Part shown: piece after piece, positions 9,925-17,401 of the stretch | How the letters are laid out: each line of letters opens with the position of its first letter | Position numbering within the stretch: position 1 is the stretch's first letter | IMG/VR virus record: IMGVR_UViG_3300024324_000019 | Source: an uncultured virus (IMG/VR IMGVR_UViG_3300024324_000019) | Taxonomy: Duplodnaviria > Heunggongvirae > Uroviricota > Caudoviricetes | Length of the DNA stretch: 20,000 nt | Strand: one strand, 5' to 3' | Notes under the pieces: generated by a model | What the model was told of the DNA's origin: nothing | Databases searched by the model: none | What the model saw: only the letters and a program-made list of their open reading frames with translations | Position numbers and translations under genes: made by a program

Positions 9925-10254
9925 ATGAACATAATAGACGCATTAAAACATATCACAATTTCTCTCGGCGTAGTCTCTGCTATCGGTGGTGCTTATGCTG
10001 GTGCAGACGCAATGGGGCTTGATATTCCTAGGGTCGCATGGAATACCGAAGTTGAGGAAGTAAAATTCCAACTGGTAGGTCTTGATGTTCGTACCCAAAC
10101 ACTTATTGTTGAACAGATTCAACGCCAAGTGTGGGCTATTGAAGACCGCATTGAAAAGCGTGGTAGCAACCAGTCGTCAAGAGACAGGTTGAGAAATTTA
10201 AAAGCGCAATTAGAAGAAGCCAATTCGCGCTTAAAGAAAATTAGAGGTTACTAA
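9925..10254 (+). CDS. Membrane-anchored coiled-coil hypothetical protein
   Basis: N-terminal hydrophobic 'ITISLGVVSAIGGAYAGA' and basic coiled-coil C-terminus; stop overlaps the next ATG (TAATG). Confidence 0.65.
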   Translation: MNIIDALKHITISLGVVSAIGGAYAGADAMGLDIPRVAWNTEVEEVKFQLVGLDVRTQTLIVEQIQRQVWAIEDRIEKRGSNQSSRDRLRNLKAQLEEANSRLKKIRGY

Positions 10255-11744
10255 TGGGATTAGGCATTCAATCAATACCTAGCGCAATGTGGGAAAACTA
10301 TCAGGGTGCTGTTCTCTATGAATTCACCGCGGCAGCGGCTCAAACTTCAGTATCTGGCGCAGACGACAACGGCAATACTCTTGCATATACCGTGGGCGAA
10401 GGCAATTATCTTGTCTTACTCAACGGTGTTAAACTAAACGACGAAGATTATACAGCAACAACTGGTACAAGTTTCACTGGTCTTGCGGCTATGACCGCCG
10501 GTTGGAAATTGGAAGTTCTTTCCTTTGGTGAAGTCACAAACCCTAATTCATATGCGAAAGCAGATACCTATACCAAGACCGAAGTTGATGCAAAATATGC
10601 TCTTAATGGAGCCAATGCAGATATAACAAGTCTAACTGGTTTGACTACGCCATTGTCAGAGGCACAGGGCGGTACAGGTGCAACGAGTGCGCCAACGGGT
10701 AACAACCCTAACCTGATCATCAACGGCGGCATGACTGTCAGCCAGCGTGGGACTGTTACAGGTATAACCTCTACAGAGTACACCGCAGCAGATCGTTGGC
10801 AGATATTTGTCGAAACTACAAACGCAATCGCTACTACAACTGTCGAGGCATCACCCGCTTTAATGGCCGCAGCGGGTTTTCCATCTGCATTAAAAGTGGA
10901 CTGCACCACAGTCGAAAGTTCGTTGGCTGGTAGTGATTTCATGGGCATCCAATATAAGTTTGAAGGGCAGGATGTTCAGCATCTATTGCATGGCACATCT
11001 GGCTCTTTAGAAACTACGATCTCGTTTTGGTGGCAGTCGCCAAAGGCTGGTACACAGGTCGTTTTCATGGTGGACAACGACAACAACTATGGCTGCCCTA
11101 TGGAGTTCACAGTCACGGCGGCGAATACTGCCGAGTACTTCACTGTGACATTCCCCGCACAAACCTCTGGTAGCGCACTGCCTGATGATAATACCTATGC
11201 ACTGAGCATCGGCTTCCCCCTGTTATCTAACGGTTATGAAAACACTGCCGATACTTGGACTTCTGGCGGTGGCTGGAGGTCAACGACAAACCAGCAGAAC
11301 CTGATGGATAACACGGCGAACAACGTATACCTGACAGGCGTCAAACTGGAAGTTGCCAGCGCAGCCACCAGCTTTGAGCATGAGAGTTATGGGGATACGC
11401 TGGCTAAGTGTCAGCGGTATTACGAACGGTTTGACAGTGAGGGTCTTTATAGGCTTTGGATAGATGGGTCTGCTCAACACAGTACATACCTAGAGGGGCA
11501 GTTAAACTTTGCTTGGAAACGTACCAATCCAACCGTTACATGTTCAGCTATAACAAACATGCGTGTTCTGCAACAAGGTGGTGGATATAATTGTACGTCC
11601 TTCAACTGTTGGTACATAACCCATGATAACTGTAATCCCCGATTTACAACATCAGGGTTAACGATAGGGAACGGGGCATTGGTGCAGACATTCCGGAACG
11701 CTGGTGCTGGTATCACTTATATTGAAATAGACGCGGAGCTATAG
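10254..11744 (+). CDS. Tail fibre protein with N-terminal adaptor domain and fibre-tip module, cassette B (496 aa)
   Basis: N-terminal 'QTSVSGADDNGNTLAY...LNGVKL...DYTATTGT' domain; 'GANADITSLTGLTTPLS..QGGTGAT' shaft motif; 'NPNLIINGGMTVSQRG...DRW' and 'LTGVKLEV...ATSFEHESYG..LAKCQRYYE'. Confidence 0.8.
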   Translation: MGLGIQSIPSAMWENYQGAVLYEFTAAAAQTSVSGADDNGNTLAYTVGEGNYLVLLNGVKLNDEDYTATTGTSFTGLAAMTAGWKLEVLSFGEVTNPNSYAKADTYTKTEVDAKYALNGANADITSLTGLTTPLSEAQGGTGATSAPTGNNPNLIINGGMTVSQRGTVTGITSTEYTAADRWQIFVETTNAIATTTVEASPALMAAAGFPSALKVDCTTVESSLAGSDFMGIQYKFEGQDVQHLLHGTSGSLETTISFWWQSPKAGTQVVFMVDNDNNYGCPMEFTVTAANTAEYFTVTFPAQTSGSALPDDNTYALSIGFPLLSNGYENTADTWTSGGGWRSTTNQQNLMDNTANNVYLTGVKLEVASAATSFEHESYGDTLAKCQRYYERFDSEGLYRLWIDGSAQHSTYLEGQLNFAWKRTNPTVTCSAITNMRVLQQGGGYNCTSFNCWYITHDNCNPRFTTSGLTIGNGALVQTFRNAGAGITYIEIDAEL

Positions 11745-11745
11745 G

Positions 11746-12027
11746 ATGTACATAGAACACAAGATAAATGGCATCACAGTTCAATTCAGCAGGGGGAAAA
11801 TGCAGTGGGCAGTAGCCCCCGGTAATCGCCACTATGACCAGATGCTATTGGATATTGAGGCTGACCCGACTTGCTCAAAGGTGCAAGACGACACGCCGGC
11901 ACCAACAGTCGATGAAACACGCATCGCCGCCTACGGATTAGTCGGCGATCAACTAGATGAAATTTACCATGATGTTGATGCATGGCGCACCCGTATTGCA
12001 CAAGTAAAGGCGGATAATCCAAAATGA
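11746..12027 (+). CDS. Small tail-fibre-associated (assembly chaperone-like) protein, cassette B
   Basis: 'PGNRHY' and 'R.AAY..VGDQLDEIYHD...W..RIAQVK.DNPK'; paralog of 6336..6638. Confidence 0.7.
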   Translation: MYIEHKINGITVQFSRGKMQWAVAPGNRHYDQMLLDIEADPTCSKVQDDTPAPTVDETRIAAYGLVGDQLDEIYHDVDAWRTRIAQVKADNPK

Positions 12028-14162
12028 GTAAAGCATTAGACATTGCCCAGGGTGGTGGTACAGGTACTTTCAGTGGCGCGGTTGATACCGATGCCACATA
12101 TGTTGATGCTGTTATCTTTGGTCCAGCCCGCGATGGCGTACAATGGGACGAAAAACAAAATCTTTCTGTCGTCAAAAAACTTATGGTCGCCACAGTGAAA
12201 GACGCTGGGGCTGACAGTACGGTTGAAATTTGGGATGCGACGGATTCAAATGTTGTTGGTGGTACAGCCCTTGCATCGGTTACGATCACTGGCGCAGCGA
12301 CGCCAACAGGAATTGCGGCCTCTATGGGCTACATCATTGTCGGTTCAGAAGACGGGGTAACGATTATAGACCCACATGACGGCAGCTGGGCTGAACGCAC
12401 AGTAGGCTGGCCCCGGTCACTGTCTACCAGTACAACTCCGGCTTTAGGAAGCAATGCAGTTACAGATGTAAGTGCGGGTACTTGGGACACTTGGCCCTCT
12501 GATCCGCGCACTGGCGGCAACATGCCTTGTTTCGGGTATAATATGAGTAGCGGTGCAGCTTTCGGTGTTATCAAATATGACGGTAATGTTTGGGATCGCG
12601 TGACAGCCGCTGCGGCAAACTACGGATCAGCTATAGTTAACGGCTACGTTGTTTACTCAGACGGAACATCTGGTGACAGAGCCTTCCAAAGTCAGCTTAT
12701 CGAAACTATGACTGCTGATAACTGGTCAGGAACTGCTGCAAACTCCACTACTGGCGGCGTTTATGGTTTAGGTGTAGACAACGGAATATCTGCCCGTAGC
12801 CAAGGTGAAATTGCGTATGCAGCCGCTGCGGGTTTGACTATTGGCAAACTGAATGGCCCAAGGGACGCCGCAGCATCATTCCAAACACATATGAACGCAG
12901 CTATAAACCGCACATACAACACTGGTTACATGATCGGGGATGTGCGTGGCGCATGGCTTGCAAACTCTGCAACGGCTGATCGTAGCTACAAGGCCAACAC
13001 GCTTACTGAGAACGGCACTGTAACATCGGCCTCCGCAGACGGTGCGAGTGGTGAGTTGCTGGCTTATAGCGGGTTTAGTGCAAGTAACTATCTGACCAGA
13101 GCAACAGACACTGACTTTGATTGGGGCTCTGGAAACTTCTGTATTGTGGCTTGGTTCAAGCTAACAGCGTCAGGTGGCTATGAGACTATCATAACACGAG
13201 GAGCCACAACTCCACTCTGGGGTTTGCGGACAGAAACCTCTGGTGCCATGAATTTCATCATTAATGATGGGTCAGGGTTTGATCAGAACATTACAACAGC
13301 CACTTTTGCTGACAGTGAATGGCACATGATTGTTGCAGTTAAGCGTGGAACAACCAACACTGAAATATGGGTCGATGGCAAGCTAGAACGTGACTTCACT
13401 ATCGTTAACGCTACAGCGACACTGACTGTGAATGAGAGTATTGGCATTGGTGCAACGGCGGCGGCTGGTAATCCGTGGGCCAACGGTGCTATTTCTATGA
13501 TTAGGGTAGCAGCAACAGCCCCATCAGCCGCACAAATTCGTGCCATGTACGACGCTGAAAAGGGTATGTTTGAAACAGCCGCCAAGGTCTTGCTGCAATC
13601 GGGAACAACCGACGCAGTGTTGGACGTTGATGTTGATCCGGTTTCCGGTAAGGTCGCTGTAACCCAAACCGACGACAAAGGCATTTGGGATGGACTCGTA
13701 TATACCAACGTAGCCGACGATGGCGCTTCCTCGGCCTTCGAACATATGAAACTATGGGGTAACGGGCGTTTCTCAATTGGTGCTACCGATTCCTCTATCA
13801 GTATGCCGACAGAAAGCCTCCGTGAATTGACCGAGACCGTCAAAGGGCTTGGTATTCAACATGAAGGTATTGATCTTGGTAAAGCGAAGGCTTGGATTTA
13901 CGGGACTCAGGCTGAAATCAGAGCCTCACACAACATAGAAAGTATTTCTGTAGCTAGTGCCACAGTCACGGCTGTTTTTGGAACGCCTTTCAAAGGCTAT
14001 TATGTGGCATCCGGTTCGTCAGAAGATAATGATGCTAATATCATTGGCGTAGCCGTTACTAACCCGAGCCAGGCGTCGATATATAACTACACTCACGCTG
14101 GAGCAGCAGATTCTGTTTACCGATATTTAGTGGTATTCTTTGGCGAACTAGAAGGAGAGTAA
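12024..14162 (+). CDS. LamG/concanavalin-like domain virion protein, putative receptor-binding, cassette B (712 aa)
   Basis: Shares 'TYVDAVIFGPARDGVQWDEK', 'VLLQSGTTDAVLDVDVDPVSGKVAV', 'GLGIQHEGIDL.KAKAW' and terminal 'FGELEGE' with 6646..9081; LamG-like 'FCIVAWFK...DSEWHMIV...IWVDGKL'. Confidence 0.75.
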   Translation: MSKALDIAQGGGTGTFSGAVDTDATYVDAVIFGPARDGVQWDEKQNLSVVKKLMVATVKDAGADSTVEIWDATDSNVVGGTALASVTITGAATPTGIAASMGYIIVGSEDGVTIIDPHDGSWAERTVGWPRSLSTSTTPALGSNAVTDVSAGTWDTWPSDPRTGGNMPCFGYNMSSGAAFGVIKYDGNVWDRVTAAAANYGSAIVNGYVVYSDGTSGDRAFQSQLIETMTADNWSGTAANSTTGGVYGLGVDNGISARSQGEIAYAAAAGLTIGKLNGPRDAAASFQTHMNAAINRTYNTGYMIGDVRGAWLANSATADRSYKANTLTENGTVTSASADGASGELLAYSGFSASNYLTRATDTDFDWGSGNFCIVAWFKLTASGGYETIITRGATTPLWGLRTETSGAMNFIINDGSGFDQNITTATFADSEWHMIVAVKRGTTNTEIWVDGKLERDFTIVNATATLTVNESIGIGATAAAGNPWANGAISMIRVAATAPSAAQIRAMYDAEKGMFETAAKVLLQSGTTDAVLDVDVDPVSGKVAVTQTDDKGIWDGLVYTNVADDGASSAFEHMKLWGNGRFSIGATDSSISMPTESLRELTETVKGLGIQHEGIDLGKAKAWIYGTQAEIRASHNIESISVASATVTAVFGTPFKGYYVASGSSEDNDANIIGVAVTNPSQASIYNYTHAGAADSVYRYLVVFFGELEGE
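13623..13657 (+). repeat. 35-bp exact direct repeat, copy 2
   Basis: Identical to 8488..8522. Confidence 0.9.
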
Positions 14163-14165
14163 GAA

Positions 14166-14465
14166 ATGGAAACTATTGAAATTCTTATCGCAGCATTTAT
14201 GGTGCTACAAGTTCTCGACGTTTACACCACGAACAAAGTTATCAACCAAGGCGGCGTAGAATCTAATCCTGTAATGGCATGGATTATGAGCAAGCTAGGT
14301 AAATCATGGCTAGTCGCAAAGTTCGGGCTATCGGCCGCCGTGGCTTATTTCATGTATTATTACGCATATCCAGATTATCCTACTATGGTCACCGTTGCTA
14401 TGACTGGTTTAGTCGCTTTTTATATGTGGGTAGTCAACCACAACTGGAAAATAATGAAAAAGTAA
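14166..14465 (+). CDS. Small multi-pass membrane protein, DUF5658-like (99 aa)
   Basis: RBS aggag; about three hydrophobic helices; 'LD..TT.....GG.E.NP.MA' motif. Confidence 0.65.
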   Translation: METIEILIAAFMVLQVLDVYTTNKVINQGGVESNPVMAWIMSKLGKSWLVAKFGLSAAVAYFMYYYAYPDYPTMVTVAMTGLVAFYMWVVNHNWKIMKK

Positions 14466-14517
14466 TAGTCTCCCTGGTTCTTATAAATACAGTAAAGAAC
14501 TAGGAGTATTTCTATTA
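14463..14517 (+). promoter_or_regulatory. Late promoter TATAAATA (14482-14489) in the loop of a hairpin whose 3' arm contains the gp13 RBS
   Basis: ctccctggttctt (14470-14482) pairs with aagaactaggag (14495-14506) with one G-U and one bulge; AGGAG is at 14502-14506 and ATG at 14517. Confidence 0.8.
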
Positions 14518-15260
14518 TGGCAGTACCTACAAGCCGTGAACAACACAGAGAGTATTGCCTTCGCAACTTAGGCAAGCCCGTTATTGACATAAATGTTGAT
14601 AATGACCAACTTGACGACCGCATTGATGAATCCCTTCAGTATTACAGGGATTACCACTTTGATGGTACACAACAAGTTTATGTCGCTCACCAAGTCACAG
14701 CCACAGACGTAACCAACAAATATATTTCACTTAATGAAGATATCGTTGGTGTTACACGCATTTTCCCTATCGGTAGCGCAATTTCTTCATCAAGCAATAT
14801 GTTCAACCTGAACTATCAGTTTTCCTTGAATGATGTTTTTGACGCCGCTAATGTTCAAATGACGCATTACGTGATCGCTCAACAGCATATCGCAATGATA
14901 CAGGAAATTCTTACAGGTCAACAACCCATTCGTTTCAATCGTCATACCGACCGAGTGAATCTTGATATGGATTGGAACAAGGTAACTGTAGGCAATTATG
15001 TTATCATCGACGGTTACCAGTTGATTGACCCAGACACCTACACAGACGTATGGAACGACCGTTGGTTGCTTGAATATACCACACAACTTTTCAAACGTCA
15101 ATGGGGTGCTAACCTGAAGAAATTCACGGGCGTACAACTACCCGGTGGCGTGACCTTTAACGGTCAGGAATTGTGGGATGAAGCCAACACACGGCTCAAG
15201 GAACTAGAAGAAGAAATGATTACCTCTTACAGCCTTCCAGTGTTTGATATGTCTGGGTGA
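14517..15260 (+). CDS. gp13: Neck protein gp13
   Basis: 'YCLRNLGKPVIDINVD.DQLDDRIDE.LQYY.DYHFDG', 'VWNDRWL..Y...LFKRQWG.NL.KF.GVQLPGGVT.NG'; synteny with gp14-15-16. Confidence 0.95.
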   Translation: MAVPTSREQHREYCLRNLGKPVIDINVDNDQLDDRIDESLQYYRDYHFDGTQQVYVAHQVTATDVTNKYISLNEDIVGVTRIFPIGSAISSSSNMFNLNYQFSLNDVFDAANVQMTHYVIAQQHIAMIQEILTGQQPIRFNRHTDRVNLDMDWNKVTVGNYVIIDGYQLIDPDTYTDVWNDRWLLEYTTQLFKRQWGANLKKFTGVQLPGGVTFNGQELWDEANTRLKELEEEMITSYSLPVFDMSG

Positions 15261-15907
15261 AATATATAATGATTATTTACGCAATAAAATTATTTGATGA
15301 AATCAAATACGTTGGTCAAACATCAAAAAGTCTTGATGAAAGATGGTCTGGTCATGTGTCACGTTCAAAGACCTCTTGTAATTACAAATTATACAATGCT
15401 ATTCGTAAGCATGGTGTAAATAATTTTACATGCGAAATGATTGAAAGATGTGATGAAACTACTATTGATGATAGAGAACAATATTGGATAGGAAAATATG
15501 ATTTACAGACCCTTGGCTATAATCATGCCTCTGGTGGTCGTGTAAATCGTGGTATGAAAAGAAGTGATGATTTCAAAAAGAAATTATCAGTTTCAGGTAA
15601 GAACCTTTACTACGACAACAGCCCGCTGTGTAAATACAACGGCTCCCAAGAACAAAAAAATCAGTTATCGAAAAGACTCAAAGATGTGCCGAAAAGTATT
15701 GAACATGCTACGAAAGCCGCACAAGCAAGAGCCAAGTATTGGTATAAGATAACAACCCAAGATACAGAATTTCATTCATGGTCCTTAGAATGGGTATCAA
15801 AACTTTTGGATATACCCAAAACTACATTGAAATATCTGTCCAAGAGCGGCAAAATTTCTCGTAAAGGCACCAGTGTAGAAAGGGTTTGTGATTATGGCGG
15901 TAAATAG
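15257..15907 (+). CDS. Free-standing GIY-YIG (Seg-like) homing endonuclease
   Basis: 'IIYAIK...YVGQT....ERW..H', 'LYNAIRKHG..NF', 'REQYWI', 'GYN...GG', then NUMOD3-like 'K.S.D.KKKLS'. Visibly more AT-rich than flanks. Start is GTG 15257 (overlapping the gp13 stop) or ATG 15269. Confidence 0.9.
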   Translation: MKYIMIIYAIKLFDEIKYVGQTSKSLDERWSGHVSRSKTSCNYKLYNAIRKHGVNNFTCEMIERCDETTIDDREQYWIGKYDLQTLGYNHASGGRVNRGMKRSDDFKKKLSVSGKNLYYDNSPLCKYNGSQEQKNQLSKRLKDVPKSIEHATKAAQARAKYWYKITTQDTEFHSWSLEWVSKLLDIPKTTLKYLSKSGKISRKGTSVERVCDYGGK

Positions 15908-16706
15908 TTATTTCAACAACTATGCCTTCGCCTCAGAACAGGGGTTGGCAGAGGACTTGATAATCGAGTCCATAAAAATGTATGGGCATGATGTTCAATA
16001 CTTGCCGCGTACCCTTGTCAAAGAAGATTTGTTGTTTGGTGAAGATACGCTTTCGGCTTTCAATGTAGCCGCGACTATCGAAGTCTATATCAAAAATGTT
16101 GAGGGCTTTGAAGGTGAGGGTGACCTACTATCAAAGTTTGGTCTTGAGATACGCGACGAGATAACCTTCACAGTAGCCGTCAAAAGGTTCGAACAATTTC
16201 AATCAGAGAAATTGCTTACAGAAGGCCAAGGCTATAATGTTCTCTTAGAGACAGGCGACGAGTTTTTACTTGAGGATGCCAACGGCGACAACTTTGCTTT
16301 GTCTCTCGGCAGACCCTTTGAAGGAGATCTAATCTACTTCCCATTGAACGGCAAGATTTTCCAGATCGACCATGTTGAACATGAAGAAGTTTTCTATTCG
16401 TTTGGTCGTCTATACACCTATGATCTGAGGTGTACCCTATTTGAGTATAGCCACGAAACTATTAGTACTGGTAATGCGACCATTGATCAAATAGAAACCG
16501 ATTATTCTGGAAACGCCCTTGCTTATGAAATGTTGCTTGAAACAGGTGACAAGATATTGCTAGAAGATGGTGGTTCATTTATCAAGGAAGATTATCTACC
16601 TGTGAACACCGATGCTCAGGCTAATAACACCTATTTCACAACAACCAATTATGACGACAACATTATTGACTTTAGCGAAATTAACCCGTTTGGCGAAGCT
16701 GAATAG
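15894..16706 (+). CDS. gp14: Neck / head completion protein gp14
   Basis: 'EQ.L.EDLIIESIKMYG.DV.YLPR', 'GFEGEGDLLSKFGLEIRDE.TF', 'EGDLIYFPL..KIFQI.HVEHE..FY..G', terminal 'IIDFSE.NPFGE'. Probable start ATG 15894 (MAVNSYF) rather than GTG 15888. Confidence 0.95.
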   Translation: MAVNSYFNNYAFASEQGLAEDLIIESIKMYGHDVQYLPRTLVKEDLLFGEDTLSAFNVAATIEVYIKNVEGFEGEGDLLSKFGLEIRDEITFTVAVKRFEQFQSEKLLTEGQGYNVLLETGDEFLLEDANGDNFALSLGRPFEGDLIYFPLNGKIFQIDHVEHEEVFYSFGRLYTYDLRCTLFEYSHETISTGNATIDQIETDYSGNALAYEMLLETGDKILLEDGGSFIKEDYLPVNTDAQANNTYFTTTNYDDNIIDFSEINPFGEAE

Positions 16707-17319
16707 ATTTACATCTATCACCATGATGGCGAGATAAGGTTAACTGATTAGAAACGGTCTTCTGACAATGAACACACGAAACTGGATACTGTCTGTCTTT
16801 GGATTTTTGCCCTATCTTTCTCTTTCTCTCCTCGGAGTGTTTTTTACCATAGTTGCCATTGCCAGCACCAGTTCGTTGTTTACTCCATAATTCTCTCAAT
16901 TCTTTTGATGGTACTTTGCCGCGATGGGCGTCACCTATCTTCTTTTTTGTTTCATCGGAAAGAACAGCACCCAATCTCGGCTGTCTGCCTTTATTCGATT
17001 CACTAATAACCTTAGCCACTTTTACCCTGTTGTATTCATGTAGTCTGGAAACATACCGTTTGCCATGGGCGTCCACACCCATCATGTTGAACGCAAACAC
17101 CATTTTATGATGGTCAGAACCTTTGGTCATTCTAACCAATAGAGCGTGACAAATGAAATGCTCTTTTGCGGTAAGAGAAACCGTTTCTTCACCACCCATA
17201 GATTCAGGCACGATATGATGCTTTTCAACATATCCTTCGGGAATAGGTCGTGATTGTGCGTTACGGATGATATTGAAATACCATCTTGTGTATTTGTTCT
17301 GTATAAATAGATGTGACAT
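16681..17319 (-). CDS. Free-standing HNH-family homing endonuclease with NUMOD3 repeats and C-terminal CxxC motif
   Basis: 'NKYTRWYFNII..A..R', 'YVEKHHIVP.SMGG', 'LTAKEHFICHALL', NUMOD3-like 'NYGKKHSEERKRKI', 'CVHCQK...HHGDRC'. Only convincing minus-strand gene; overlaps the gp14 3' end by 26 nt. Confidence 0.88.
   Translation of the reverse strand: MSHLFIQNKYTRWYFNIIRNAQSRPIPEGYVEKHHIVPESMGGEETVSLTAKEHFICHALLVRMTKGSDHHKMVFAFNMMGVDAHGKRYVSRLHEYNRVKVAKVISESNKGRQPRLGAVLSDETKKKIGDAHRGKVPSKELRELWSKQRTGAGNGNYGKKHSEERKRKIGQKSKDRQYPVSCVHCQKTVSNQLTLSRHHGDRCKSIQLRQTG
17302..17309 (+). promoter_or_regulatory. Late promoter TATAAATA pointing to the CxxC ORF/gp15, embedded antisense in the first codons of the HNH gene
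   Basis: Exact consensus within gtataaatag. Confidence 0.7.
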
Positions 17320-17378
17320 TGCTGTTGCCTTCCGGGGCTATAGAGTTAGTGGGTATTGGTAGTACCGCGACTTACAAC

Positions 17379-17386
17379 TATTTATA
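17379..17386 (-). promoter_or_regulatory. Late promoter TATAAATA on the minus strand driving the HNH endonuclease
   Basis: Plus strand tatttata is the reverse complement of TATAAATA; 59 nt upstream of the HNH start. Confidence 0.75.
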
Positions 17387-17401
17387 AGATGGAGATATTT
17401 G

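Noticed and set aside
8760..14162. Diversity-generating retroelement acting on the variable C-termini of the LamG paralogs
   Set aside because: No reverse transcriptase in the window and no near-identical template/variable pair differing only at adenines; the C-termini differ throughout and by indels.
5210..14162. Invertase/shufflon-type tail fibre switching
   Set aside because: All cassettes are co-oriented, the shared tracts are direct rather than inverted, and no recombinase gene is present.
15257..17319. Group I introns or inteins hosting the endonucleases
   Set aside because: gp13, gp14 and gp15 each read as intact continuous frames, and there is no non-coding space for an intron core; both nucleases are free-standing.
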